Assembly: GCF_009914755.1 (NCBI RefSeq) | Contig: NC_060925.1 | Source: the human T2T-CHM13v2.0 reference genome, Homo sapiens | DNA: 64,000 bases | Direction: 5' to 3' (one strand) | In this document: positions 12,954-24,000 of the stretch, in pieces | Layout of the letters: each line of letters opens with the position of its first letter | Position numbering within the stretch: the first letter of the stretch is position 1 | The notes under the pieces: model-generated | The model's database searches: none | Seen by the model: only the letters and a program-made list of their open reading frames with translations | Told to the model about the DNA's origin: nothing | Made by a program: the position numbers and the translations under genes

Positions 12954-15900
12954 TTAAGGGCGGTATTGAGATCTCTGCTCTTGGATGTACTCATAGAGAG
13001 GGCTGGAGCGCACTGGGACACTGGCAAACTGATGAGTGCCGGGCTCCAGAAGCCGCCCATGGCCCTTCCCTTCTTGGGATTTTATCTCCCCGACTTGGCG
13101 GTGCCTCTGTTCCTCCTTCTGCTGGCGGCGGATGTGTTCTTCCCGTAATTTCCTTTCCCGTTCCTGGCGACGTTTCTGCTCCTCTTCTTGCCATAGTTCT
13201 TGTTCCTCACGACGACTCTTCTCCTGCGTGGCAAACTGCTCCTCCGCCCGGTACTGCCGGTCTCGCTCCTGCCGCAGCCTCTGCTCTTGTTCCTCAAGTT
13301 GGAGCTGCTCTTCTTCCCAGCGATACTTTCCGTCACGCTGTTGGGGGCGCAGCTGCTGTTCTTCCCTCTCCTGGCGTAGCTGTTCCTCCTCGCGGAATTT
13401 TCTGTCAGACTCTTGGCTGCGCAGCTGCTGTTCCTCCCTCTCCTGGCGGAGCTGTTCCTCCTCGCGGAATTTTCTGTCGCGCTCCTGGCGGCGCAGCTGC
13501 TGTTCTTCCCTTTCCGGACGGAGCTGCTCTTCCTCTAGGATTTTTCTGTAGCGTTCTTGGCGGCGCAGCTGCTCTTGCTCCGTTTCTTGGCGCAGCTGTT
13601 CCTCCTCACGGAATTTTCTCTCCAGTTCCTGGCGGCGCAGCTGCTGTTCCTCCTGGAGGAATTTTCTCTCTCGTTCCTGACGGCGGAGCTGCTGTTCCTC
13701 TTCGCGGAATTTTCTGTCACGCTCTTGGCGGCGCAGCTGCTGTTCCTCCCCTTCCTGGAGCAGCTGTTCCTCTTCACGGAATTTTCTGTCGCGGTCGTGA
13801 CGCAGCTGTTGTTCGCGCTCCTGGCGGCGCAGCTGCGGTTCCTCCTCGAGGAATTTTCTGTCACGCTCTTGGCGGTGCAGCTGCTGTTCTTCCCTTTCCT
13901 GGAGCAGCTGTTCGTCTTCGCGGAATTTTCTGTCGCGCTCCTGGCGCAGCTGTTGTTGGCCCTCCTGGCGGCGCAGCTGCTGTTCGTCCTCCATGAATTT
14001 TCTCTCTTGTTCCTGGCGGCGCACTTTCTGTTCCTCTAAACGGAATTTTCTGTCACGCTCTTGGCGGCTCAGCTGCTGTTCCTCCCTCTCCTGGCGCAGC
14101 TGTTCCTCCTCGCGGAATTTTCTGTCACGGTCCTGACGCCGCTGTTGCCCGCGCTCCTGGCGGCGCAGCTGCTGTTCCTCCTGGAGGAATTTTCTCTGCC
14201 GTTGCTGGCGGTGCAGCTGCTGTTCCTCCTCGAGGAATTTTCTCTCTGGTTCCTGACTGCGCAGTTCCTGTTCGCGGAATTTTCTGTCACGCTCTTGGCG
14301 GCGCAGCTGTTGTTCCTCCTCCAGGAATTTTCTGTCACGCTCTTGGCGGTGCAGCTGCTGTTCTTCCCTTTCCTGGAGCAGCTGTTCCTCTTCGCGGAAT
14401 TTTCTGTGACGCTCCTGGCGCAGCTGCTGTTCCTCCTCCAGGAATTTTCTCTCTCGTTCCTGGCGGCGCACCTGCTGTTCCTCTTCACGGAATTTTCTGT
14501 CACGCTCTTGGCGGCTCAGCTGCTGTTCCTCCTCGCGGAATTTTCTGTCGCGGTCCTGACGCAGCTGTTGCTCGCGCTCCTGGCAGCGCAGCTGCTGTTC
14601 CTCCTTAAGGAATTTTCTCTCCCGTTCCTGGCGGCGCAGCCGCTGTTCCTCCTCGAGGAATTTTCTCCCTTGTTCCTGATGGCGCAGTTCCTCTTCGCGG
14701 AATTTTCTGTCACGCTCTTGGCGGCGCAGCGGCTGTTCCTCCCTTTCCTGGAGCAGCTGTTCCTCCTCGCGGAATTTTCTGTCTGTCTCTTGACGGCGTC
14801 TCTTCTCTTCTCTTTCCTCTCTCAGCAACTGCTTTTCCTCTTGGGACTTCCTGTCGCGCCTTTTGGCTTCCTTTTGCTCTTCTCGCTCCAGCTGTTCTTC
14901 CTCTGGGAAATGCCTGTCGCGCTGCTGCCAGCGCCTCCTCTCTTGCTCACGATCTCGCTCTTGCTGTTCACCCAGCAGGTGCTGCAGATCTTGCTGGGAT
15001 TGTCTGTCGCGCAGCTGGGAATCTTCCAACTGCCGGAACTGTTCATTCTCTCTGCCTTTGCAGTAAACCTTGTTATCACGAACTGCATTTTCTTTTTCTG
15101 GTTCCCACTGCCATTTCAGATCACTGCGCTGATCCTCATCCCGGTATCGCTGCTTCCTTTTCTGGCGCTGAAGCTCTTCCTCCTCCCGATACTGCCTCTC
15201 CCGCTCCTGGCGCCTTTTCTCCTGTTCCTCTCTCAGCAGCTGCTCTTCCTCCTGCTGCAGCTCCTCTTCCTCGCGGTATTGCCTCTCCAGCTCCTGGCGC
15301 CTTCTCTTCTCCGGTTCCTCTCTCAGCAGCTGCTCTTCCTCCTGCTGCACCTCCTCTTCCTCCCGATATTGCCTCTCCAGCTCCTGGCGCCTTCTCTTCT
15401 CCCGTTCCTCTCTCAGCAGCTGCTCTTCCTCCTGCTGCAGCTCCTCTTCCTCCCGACATTGCCTCTCCCGCTCCTGGCGCCTTCTCTTCTCCGGTTCCTC
15501 TCTCAGCAGCTGCTCTTCCTCCTGCTGCAGCTCCTCTTCCTTCCGATATTGCCTCTCCAGCTCCTGGCGCCTTCTCGTCTCCCGTTCCTCTCCCAGCAGC
15601 TGCTCTTCCTCCTGCTGCAGCTCCTCTTCCTCCCGATATTGCCTCTCCCGCTCCTGGAGTCTTCTTTTCTCCCGTTCCTCTCTCAGCAGCTGCTCTTCTT
15701 CCTGCTGCAGCTCGTCTTTTTTGCGGTACTGCCTCTCCCACTCCTGGCGCCTTCTCTTCTCCCGTTCCTCTCTCAGCAGCTGCTCTTCCTCCTGCTGCAA
15801 CTCCTCTTCCTCGCGGTATTTTTTCTCCCGCTCCTGGCGCCTTCTCTTCTCCGGTTCCTCTCCCAGCAGCTGCTCTTCCTTCTGCTGCAGCTTCTTATCC

Positions 15901-18629
15901 TTCCGATATTGCCTTTCCCGCTCCTGGCGTCTTCTTTTCTCCCGTTCCTCTCTCAGCAGCTGCTCTTCCTCCTGCTGCAGCTGCTCTTCCTCGCGGTATT
16001 GTCTCTCCTGTTCTTGGCGCCTTCTCTTCTCGCGCTCCTCTCTCTGTAGCTCCTCCTCCTCCTCCTGCAGCAGCTGCTGTTCCTTCCTCAGCTGCTCTTG
16101 TAGGGCTGGCTTGGCGTACAGCGTGTGGCGGCGTCTCTTCCTTTCTTCTTCTAGTTGCCACCTCCATTTTTGGTCGCGGCGCTGCTCCTGGCTTCGCCTC
16201 CTCTCCTGATCCTCCTGGAGGCCGTCCTCCTCCTCCTGGAGCTGTTGGGCACGCTCCCGCCGCTGGAGCTGCTCCTCTTCCTCCAGGAACTGCAGCTCTT
16301 TCTCCCTCTCGCGTCGCTGGCGGCGCCGCTGCTCCTTCTCCTCCTCCTCCGGGAGAAACCGTTGTTCCCGCTGCTGGCGCTCCTCGGCCCTCAGCTGCCT
16401 CTCCCGCTGCTCCCGCATTGGGGGCCTGGCCGACAGCCTCTGACGGCCCCTCTCGCTCTTTTCCTCCGCCTGCCACTGCCATGTGAAGTCCCGGCGCTGC
16501 TCCTCTTCCTGCTGCTGCCGGTGAGCCCGTTCCTCCTCCTGCCATTGCAGCTCACTCTCCCGGCGCCGCCTCTTTTCCTCCTGCTCTTGGCGGCGCCTCT
16601 GCCCTTCCTGCTTGCGGGGCCTCGAGTAGACTTTGCTTTGCCGTGCGTCGGCCTCGCTTTCTAGCTGCCACTGCCACTTCGGGATGCGGCTCTTAATCCG
16701 CTCCCGGGCCTGTTCCTGCTCCTCCTCAGCTAGCTCCTGCTCGCGCCTCTCTTCCTCATGCTCGCGCTTCAGCCGCTGCTCGAGCCTCTCTTCCTCCTCC
16801 TCGCGCTTCAGCCGCTGCTCGCGCCTTTCCTGCTGCTCGCGCCTTAGTTGCTGCTGGCGCCTCTCCTCCTGCTCCTCGCTCTTCAGCAGCTGCTGGCGCC
16901 TCTCTTCCTCCGGCTCCTCGCGCTTCAGCCGCTGCTCGCGCCTCTCCTCCTGCTCGAGTCTCTCCACCTCCTCGCGCTTCAGTCGCTGCTCGAGCCTCTC
17001 TTCCTGCTCGCGCTTCAGCCGCTGCTGGCGCCTCTCCTCCTCGCGCTTCAGCAGCTGATCGCGCCTCTCCTCCTGCTCGCGCTTCAGCCGCTGCTCTCGC
17101 CTCTCCTGCTCGAGCCTCTTCTCCTCCTCGCGCTTCAGCAGCTGCTCGCGCCTCTCCTCCTGCTCGCGTCTTAGTTGTTGCTCGCTCCTCAACCGCTGCT
17201 GGAGCCTCTCTTCCTCCTCCTGGCGCTTCAGCCGCTGCTCGCGCCTCTCCTCTTGCTCCCGCCTTAGTTGCTGCTCGCGCCTCTCCTGCTGCTCGCGCCT
17301 CTCCTCCTCCTCGAGCTTCAGCCAACGTTCGCGCCTCTCCTCCTCCTGGTCGCGCTTCAGCTGCTGCTTGCGCCTCTCCTGCTCGTGCCTCTCCGTCTCC
17401 TCCTCGCGCTTCAGCCAATCGCGCCTCTCCTCCTGCTCGCGCTTCAGCCGCTGCTCGCGCCTCTCCTGCTCGTGCTTCTGCTCGTGCCTCTCCTCCTCCT
17501 GCTCGCGCCTCAGCTGCTGCTCGCGCCTCAGCTGCTGCTCGCGCCTCAGCTGCTGCTCGCGCCTCAGCTGCTGCTCGCGCCTCAGCTGCTGCTCGCGCCT
17601 CAGCTGCTGCTCGCGCCTCAGCTGCTGCTCGCGCCTCAGCTGCTGCTCGCGCCTCTCCTCCTCCTGCTCGCGCCTCAGCTGCTGCTCGCGCCTCTCCTCC
17701 TCCTGCTCGCGCCTCAGCTGCTGCTCGCGCCTCTCCTCCTGCTCGCGCCTCAGCTGCTGCTCGCGCCTCTCCTCCTGCTGCTCGCGCCTCTCCTGCTGCT
17801 CGCGCCTCTCCTCCTGCTGCTCGCGCCTCTCCTCCTCCTGCTTGCGCCTTAGTTGCTGCTCGCGCCTCAGCCTTTGCTGCTGCTGCTCTTCCTCCTGGCG
17901 CTCCCTCCTCAGCTCTTGCCGCTCCAGCTTCCGTAGCTGCTCTTCTTCCTCCTGGAGCTCTCTTTGCCGCTGCGGCTCCTCTTCCTGCAACTTCTCTTCT
18001 TCCTTCCGGAGCACTGTCTCGCGCTTCCTCCACTCTTTCTCTTCTTCCTCCTGGAACACTCTGTCTTGCCGCTCTCGCCTTTGCTGCTGTTTCTCCTCGC
18101 GGCCCTTCCTCCTCAGCTCCAGCAGCTCCCGCCTTCGCAGTTGCTCTTCGTCTGGAAACTCCTCAGTTTCGTGACCTTTGCAACTCTGCAGCTGCTCTTC
18201 CTCTGCACGGCGCTCTTCCCGTTCTTGCCATTCTTGCCTTTGCCGCCACAGCTCCTCGTCGCGGCGCTGCCTGTCGCGCTGTTCAAGTCGCTCTTGTTTC
18301 TCACTTTGCTCCTCTCCCTCAGCTAGCTCCCTCTCCTGTTCCTGCCTCTTCTGCCTGCGTCGTTGCCCAGGTTCTTCTTCCAGTTGTCTGTCCCGGGGCT
18401 CGAATCTCCTTTGGTCTTCTTCTTGCCTGCGATCTTGTAACAGGCTCTCCTTTCCGTCACACCGGGCTCGCTTCTCCTCATCCAGTCCCGTGGCCTGGCC
18501 GAGAGCATAGTAACAAGCTTGAGCCACTTTGAAAATAAATAGGAGGAATTCGTTGAAATCGACACGCCCATTACTGTCACGATCCAGAAGTTCCAGGATC
18601 AGATCTACCGTCTTAGGGTCATGTGGTCT
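12954..18629 (-). CDS. TCHH: Trichohyalin exon 3 coding part (residues 47-1937 of this allele)
   Basis: Acceptor ttttatag|AGACCACATGAC; EF-hand 2 (LDRDSNGRVDFNEF); long E/R/Q-rich helical repeats; ends SSPLYEYIQEQRSQYRP-TAA. Confidence 0.99.
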   Translation of the reverse strand, partial: RPHDPKTVDLILELLDRDSNGRVDFNEFLLFIFKVAQACYYALGQATGLDEEKRARCDGKESLLQDRRQEEDQRRFEPRDRQLEEEPGQRRRQKRQEQERELAEGEEQSEKQERLEQRDRQRRDEELWRQRQEWQEREERRAEEEQLQSCKGHETEEFPDEEQLRRRELLELRRKGREEKQQQRRERQDRVFQEEEEKEWRKRETVLRKEEEKLQEEEPQRQRELQEEEEQLRKLERQELRRERQEEEQQQQRLRREQQLRRKQEEERREQQEERREQQERREQQEERREQQLRREQEERREQQLRREQEEERREQQLRREQEEERREQQLRREQQLRREQQLRREQQLRREQQLRREQQLRREQQLRREQQLRREQEEERHEQKHEQERREQRLKREQEERRDWLKREEETERHEQERRKQQLKRDQEEERRERWLKLEEEERREQQERREQQLRREQEERREQRLKRQEEEERLQQRLRSEQQLRREQEERREQLLKREEEKRLEQERREQRLKREQEERRDQLLKREEERRQQRLKREQEERLEQRLKREEVERLEQEERREQRLKREEPEEERRQQLLKSEEQEERRQQQLRREQQERREQRLKREEEEERLEQRLKREHEEERREQELAEEEQEQARERIKSRIPKWQWQLESEADARQSKVYSRPRKQEGQRRRQEQEEKRRRRESELQWQEEERAHRQQQEEEQRRDFTWQWQAEEKSERGRQRLSARPPMREQRERQLRAEERQQREQRFLPEEEEKEQRRRQRREREKELQFLEEEEQLQRRERAQQLQEEEDGLQEDQERRRSQEQRRDQKWRWQLEEERKRRRHTLYAKPALQEQLRKEQQLLQEEEEELQREEREKRRRQEQERQYREEEQLQQEEEQLLREEREKRRRQERERQYRKDKKLQQKEEQLLGEEPEKRRRQEREKKYREEEELQQEEEQLLREEREKRRRQEWERQYRKKDELQQEEEQLLREEREKRRLQERERQYREEEELQQEEEQLLGEERETRRRQELERQYRKEEELQQEEEQLLREEPEKRRRQERERQCREEEELQQEEEQLLREEREKRRRQELERQYREEEEVQQEEEQLLREEPEKRRRQELERQYREEEELQQEEEQLLREEQEKRRQERERQYREEEELQRQKRKQRYRDEDQRSDLKWQWEPEKENAVRDNKVYCKGRENEQFRQLEDSQLRDRQSQQDLQHLLGEQQERDREQERRRWQQRDRHFPEEEQLEREEQKEAKRRDRKSQEEKQLLREEREEKRRRQETDRKFREEEQLLQEREEQPLRRQERDRKFREEELRHQEQGRKFLEEEQRLRRQERERKFLKEEQQLRCQEREQQLRQDRDRKFREEEQQLSRQERDRKFREEEQQVRRQERERKFLEEEQQLRQERHRKFREEEQLLQEREEQQLHRQERDRKFLEEEQQLRRQERDRKFREQELRSQEPERKFLEEEQQLHRQQRQRKFLQEEQQLRRQERGQQRRQDRDRKFREEEQLRQEREEQQLSRQERDRKFRLEEQKVRRQEQERKFMEDEQQLRRQEGQQQLRQERDRKFREDEQLLQEREEQQLHRQERDRKFLEEEPQLRRQEREQQLRHDRDRKFREEEQLLQEGEEQQLRRQERDRKFREEEQQLRRQERERKFLQEEQQLRRQELERKFREEEQLRQETEQEQLRRQERYRKILEEEQLRPEREEQQLRRQERDRKFREEEQLRQEREEQQLRSQESDRKFREEEQLRQEREEQQLRPQQRDGKYRWEEEQLQLEEQEQRLRQERDRQYRAEEQFATQEKSRREEQELWQEEEQKRRQERERKLREEHIRRQQKEEQRHRQVGEIKSQEGKGHGRLLEPGTHQFASVPVRSSPLYEYIQEQRSQYRP
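13300..14790 (-). repeat. TCHH: TCHH C-terminal degenerate coding repeats (RQERDRKFREEEQ..., ~17-26 aa)
   Basis: Recurrent GGAATTTTCT motif at irregular spacing. Confidence 0.9.
15190..16050 (-). repeat. TCHH: TCHH 90-bp (30-aa) coding tandem repeat, ~9-10 units
   Basis: TGCTCTTC recurs in exact 90-bp register at 15241, 15331 ... 15961. Confidence 0.95.
17511..17654 (-). repeat. TCHH: TCHH 18-bp coding VNTR, 8 perfect units (RREQQL)
   Basis: (CAGCTGCTGCTCGCGCCT)x8 counted on the plus strand. Confidence 0.97.
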
Positions 18630-19493
18630 CTATAAAAATGGTGAAAACAAAAATTTTACAATGCACTATTTACAGGTGGTAAAATTATATTCACACATGA
18701 TATATTTTATGCTATGCTGACATTCAAGAGACATTCAGAGCAATTAGAAAAATGTCCAGTGTGTATCAAGTTTTGTCCCCATGTAAAATGTGAACCCTCA
18801 CTTTAAAGCATATATTCGTTTGAAATTTTTACATCTCGTAATTTAGTGCTGATCAAACCTAAGGAAGCAGGAAGAGAGACACAAAGTAGAATAGCAGGTA
18901 AGCCTACGCACCTTAGAGGCAGAGCCTGAGGTGAAGATTCAAAACAGCATCGTGAACTTGTGTGTAAAATTAACAAAGCTACTCAACATCAAGAAAGAAT
19001 AACACAAGTTCGCTTTAATTGAGAAAGAATGAACTCATCCTTGAGAGAGATACAATAGAAATTTATGAGGATTTGCAGTAGCCATTTCTGTCTGAAGCAG
19101 CCAGTATTCTTGATTTGGTTTCTATTCCATATTAGAAAACAGAACAAAACATTTACGGGTAGCACCATTTTAATAGAGATCAGGCTGATCTCAGTTTTGA
19201 AATTTGGAAACAAATTTAAGTTCCTCCAAGTCTAGTGTGATTTGACATCTTTTGTGGTAATGTCCCATGAAGAGCTCATTCACATGGCCATGCCATCAAG
19301 TACATGAAATACTTTATTATTCAGACTACAATGTCAAGTAAGTACCTTTTGACTCAGAAATGAATGGGGGATGTAGTGTAGACCTGTTGTGGTGTAAAAT
19401 GAATATAAAACCACCATTCCTTGCTCTGGTCTCCTCTGAGAATAAATCTCATAGCCTCAAGTCAATAGATCTCATTTTCTTGTTAGTTCTTAC

Positions 19494-19631
19494 CCGAAGC
19501 ACAGCTCCAAATTCCCTTTCAAGGAGGTTCTTCAGGTCTTTCTTAGTTAATGCTGCTCCATCACAATCATGAGAGACATACTGATTGAAAATTTCAGTGA
19601 TGTCACAGATGCTTCTCAGAAGTGGAGACAT
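19494..19631 (-). CDS. TCHH: Trichohyalin exon 2 coding part (residues 1-46, S100 EF-hand 1); exon spans 19494-19662
   Basis: MSPLLRSICDITEIFNQYVSHDCDGAALTKKDLKNLLEREFGAVLR; donor CGG|gtaaga; acceptor ttctag|GTT; phase 0. Confidence 0.99.
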
Positions 19632-20941
19632 TTTTTTTTCTTTCCTTCAAGTTCAAGTAAACCTAGAACAATAAAATAAGATCCAGAATCAAAATCCCGT
19701 TTCTGCTTTTGGGAAGGCTTCATTCACACTATTTCAGGCAGATCCCTAAATAATTTGAATTTATAGCGGTAATTTCAACCTGGACTTTCAGAGCACTTTA
19801 ATATTTGAATATTGTATCAGAAAGAGAAAGAGCGATCCTGAGAAATTCCAAGCCAGGGAATCATCTTCAGACTATCCTGTTGTCAGCTTTTGATTGTCCA
19901 CCCAATGTGGATTATCTATGCCCTTTTCTTCTGTCTTTCTTCCAGCTCTCCACCGTATTTCAGAGTAGAAAATTAAGAGAAGAGTGCAGAAATTAAAATT
20001 TTATATATGTCTACACACCTTCCTTTAAAGTTGAGCGAAGAGGACAGGTAAAAGCCAAAAGGTGAAGGAAGACTTGAGAGTATCTTAAAGTGGATAGAGG
20101 CCATGTCAGCAAAACAGTTGGTAGAAAATAGAACAATGAAAAGGGAATATGAATGATTCCTCAACATTACAGTCCATAAAGGATTTAGGAACTCTTATAG
20201 AATATAATTTGTAAGTCAGCAATTCTAAGATTAAATAGTACTTCTTCCTAGTCAAAAGATGGCATTGTAACATTCAGATACACAAATGCAGAAAACAGAG
20301 ACTGTATATTACCTGCCTCAACTCAGATATAGTAAGATATTCGGATATTGAAGTATTGAAAGCTTCTGAGAGGTCCTTTCTAAACCAAACGGAATCCAGA
20401 AAACTGTGAATGATATTGGTTTTGTTAAACCCAAATGCATCATTGGAATCTTGGCTTTTTATAAAACATTAGCCAGCAGTAGATCAATGTTATAAGAATA
20501 CATGGAATGGCTTTGCTGGTGGGATAAGTGTAGTCGTTCATCTAGCTGACTTCTTTATGTACTTCTCAACTCCAGTACCTTAAATGCTGTGACTGTATGA
20601 AGATGGCCCATATTAGGTAGAACCAATGTAAAAGAGAACAGAAGGCTGGCAAACTTTTGAGATAGCAGTTTTTAGGAAGATGAACCCTATCAGAGCCACA
20701 CATGATCATCCTTGATGTGCAGAAGTATAGAGTTCAGAGCCCAAGGAGAAGGGTCATGCTTCAGTTCAAGTGATGGCTCCAACCATAAGAAGATGGGATA
20801 GAGTTAGTGATAGTTTATTTATCCCTGCAAAATACTGATACCTTCTGGCACATGGAACCTCCCCCCATATCCCAACATCTGAAATAGCTATAAAAATGGA
20901 GAATCATAAAGAAGACCACGATCCCACAGAATGGGACTTAC

Positions 20942-20995
20942 CCACTTCACCAGAGGAAGAAGTCGACAGTGCTTGCTGACACCACAGGCAAGTGT
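20942..20995 (-). other. TCHH: TCHH non-coding exon 1 (TSS approximate)
   Basis: Donor TGG|gtaagt at 20941; starts ~25-30 nt below the TATA box; SFTP three-exon layout. Confidence 0.8.
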
Positions 20996-21018
20996 ACTGG
21001 GTAACTGGGAGCTGGGCC

Positions 21019-21025
21019 TTTTATA
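21019..21025 (-). promoter_or_regulatory. TCHH: TCHH TATA box (TATAAAA)
   Basis: CCCCTATAAAAGGCCC on the minus strand, correctly spaced from exon 1. Confidence 0.85.
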
Positions 21026-24000
21026 GGGGTTTTAATTGTGCCCTGGAAAGCAACTTGGGAAGGAGACACCCACTCTGTGGGATGGCCTGATTCATTCCTA
21101 ACCAAGCCCAGCTCCACCTCTGTCTCCACAAATGGCTTGTTTATCTCACTATTTGCTCACGTAGCTATTTGGCACGAGGTTCACAGACCTTGCCTCCTGA
21201 CAGTCAGGGTACCAGCCCCACCTAACATGGGAGGGTAGAATATTTGGCAGAATCTCCAATTTTCTTAAATTGTTAAAAGTAAATTAAATAATAAAACAAA
21301 GGTATTAAATGTTCACAATCTTAATTGATTATTACTTCATTACAAAGGAGTAAACTCTAAGCCATTTGCTTTATAAAAGATACAATCTCTAGTTTGGGAT
21401 TAAGCAGAAACTTTGAAATAAAGTGATGAAAACCAATTAATTTCTCCATGGGATGTGACAGTCCATGGTGAGCTGCTCATAAGCCCTGCCAGAAGCAGTT
21501 GCTTCAATTCTAGGGCAATGAGAGAGCTGTAAAGAATTGGTTAGTTTCTTCTCTAAAAATGCAGGTGGGAAAAATTTTTACATTTGTCTCCCGGGTCTTA
21601 TGATGGTTTTCCTACAGATTGGGGACTGCCTCCTCAGTAAAGTTTGGAAGGGTACCTTGGAAATATATTTTTATTAAACCGTTCATAAGAAAACTTGAAA
21701 TCTGTGAAATTTCATTCTTAGAGACATTAAACCTAAATGAAGTTTGTTCATTAGTTTTCTCATTAGCATATTGATGCCCCTGGGGAAAAAGAGCTGGTGT
21801 AATGTATTATTGTAGATATAATCATCCTGCTCAGCCTAAGTTACTAATGGTTATGACACCTAAACACTTGAGTCTGCTTCTCCTGGAAGTACATTGAGGT
21901 AATTGGTCATTCTAGCCCGTTATATCCATCAGGGCTTTCTCAATCTGGTTGATCATTTGCAAATTTCAGTGCTGTTTTATTGTAAGGAATTGGATTTTAT
22001 CCATGGTTGTCAGTGACTTCCTTCCTTACATTTCAGACTATATGAAACTTTGGTTCATAATTTATGAAGACTATTAAATGATTCAATGGCTTCTCTGCAC
22101 TTTTGTCTCCTCCTTTGTCCAACAGAGGCAAGTGTTGGTTTTCTGAATTTTGAGGCAACTGAACGTCCTTCAATGGCATGAGTGAAAATTTGGAATCTAA
22201 ATCTTGATGGCTATTTCTTTATGTGCAGATTGGTCTAAATGATAATGGAGTTGAACTCTATTTGCCCCCTCACTTGCTGCCATCCTAGATGTGGGGTACA
22301 GAGGAAGGTAGAAGTGACAGGGAATGGGAAGACAATTATAAGCAATGCTAATTTCTGCCTCTTAAGGACTTCAACACTGAAGTCTACAATTTAGTGGTTT
22401 TCCTAGGACTGTCAGAACTGTCACTATTTCTTGGGCTCAGTTAACAAACTTGATGTGGCAATTCCTTGGTGAAGGGTGAAGACTTCTCATTTTTCCCCTT
22501 CTTTTTAGGGTTTTATGCAGCTCTCTTACTCTTTGGATTCTGAGATAGGACCATCATAAGCACTGACCACACTGCAATCATGTGATCATGGAAGCTCACT
22601 CTCTCACAGAGGGCACTAGCCTTTTGTATGAGTGTTCTTCAAGGAATAACCTGGGCAAGGACTGCCTTATGTCTGCTTTTGTTTGTATCCTCCTGTGTGT
22701 GATCTATTGGGAAACCTCAGTTCAGGTGATGGGATGCATTTACATGACTCCATTACTTTCCTATAGTGAATAAACCCTAAAGGGAACTGGAAATTTTTAG
22801 GTTCCATGAAAATAAAGGGAAAAGTAGCATTAACCATTCTAAAATTATAGTTAGAATGGCAATTCCCCCCATCACCATGCTTTTGAACAGCCTTGAAAAA
22901 ATACCCCAAATTGCATTTATTATAACAGAAAAACCCTTTCTCCTCTCTGAATGAAGCTAGATCTTAAATTCAGTGATGGTTCTCCTACCCACTTTTATTT
23001 AAAGTCAGTTCAGTATAAGGGAAAATATTTAAAAACCTGCATAAACCTAAGAGAATTGGCCTCCCTTCCTGCTCTTGGTCCATCATCAGAAAGATTGTAA
23101 AGTAGATTCATATGCTAAATCCAAAATCAAGTTTGAAATTCTCCTGGTGAAGTAGCTTCATTGCTACATAATGTTCTTTTATTTTACACACTGTCATTAT
23201 TTGAGAATATCATTTTAAAAGGAGTCTGTGACATAAGGTTTGGACAGGGAAATAGTTTCCATAGCTTTCTAGTGTTTCAAAATGTTGGTAAATGCTAAAG
23301 AATGTAGAAAATTATATCAAATCCTAACAAATTGGTTCAGTCTATTTTTAGTTAAGACCAACTGGGAATTCTTGTAATGTAGTAGTGTTCCTTTACTGTG
23401 GACCATTAAAAAATAAAAATATTATTATAATCTGAAATAGCTCCATTAAAAAAGCTCCAATATCACTGTTTTTTAAGACTGGAGACTGAGACACTGAAAG
23501 GTCAGAGAATACTACTGACTGGCCCAGGAATGACCCAGGTGCCCCTGCTCCATTTCTACAAGAATGCCCTTCTTTATCAGTCCAGAGCATAGCTATAGTA
23601 TTATCCTGGCACTAGACGTTGAGACTTGAGTTCTTTATTACAGAAGAATTGAAAAAAGAAAATAAAATTTATATCACTTAGATGCTTTAATATTATATCA
23701 ATATGAAGGCTTGTCACTTTTGAAATCTTTAGGGGTGGGGCTTTGCTGGATTAACAAACAAACACATAAAGGACTAAGAGTATTAGATTTTCCTGGTCTT
23801 TATCTCATTCAAGGGCCCATTTCCTATTTCTTCCTGTTAGAACCCAGGAAAAGAAGAGAATAGATTTGACATCCTGTGGCATTTACCTGGCCCAGGCCCT
23901 GACTCAGCTCAACTGGATAACTTCCAGAATGAAAATTTAGAGAAAGCAGAGAAGGTTCTATTGTCATCTTTAGCCTAATGGACTTCTCCAGAACCCAACG

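Noticed and set aside
12884-18510. Long plus-strand and alternative-frame ORFs over TCHH (370, 662, 425, 268 aa etc.)
   Set aside because: Shadows of low-complexity, stop-poor repeats; translations are poly-Leu, Ser/Cys or Ala/Gly with no domain
12954-18527. 1857-aa ORF as a stand-alone gene
   Set aside because: Its start is an internal GTG; the true CDS is spliced from exon 2 through the acceptor at 18629
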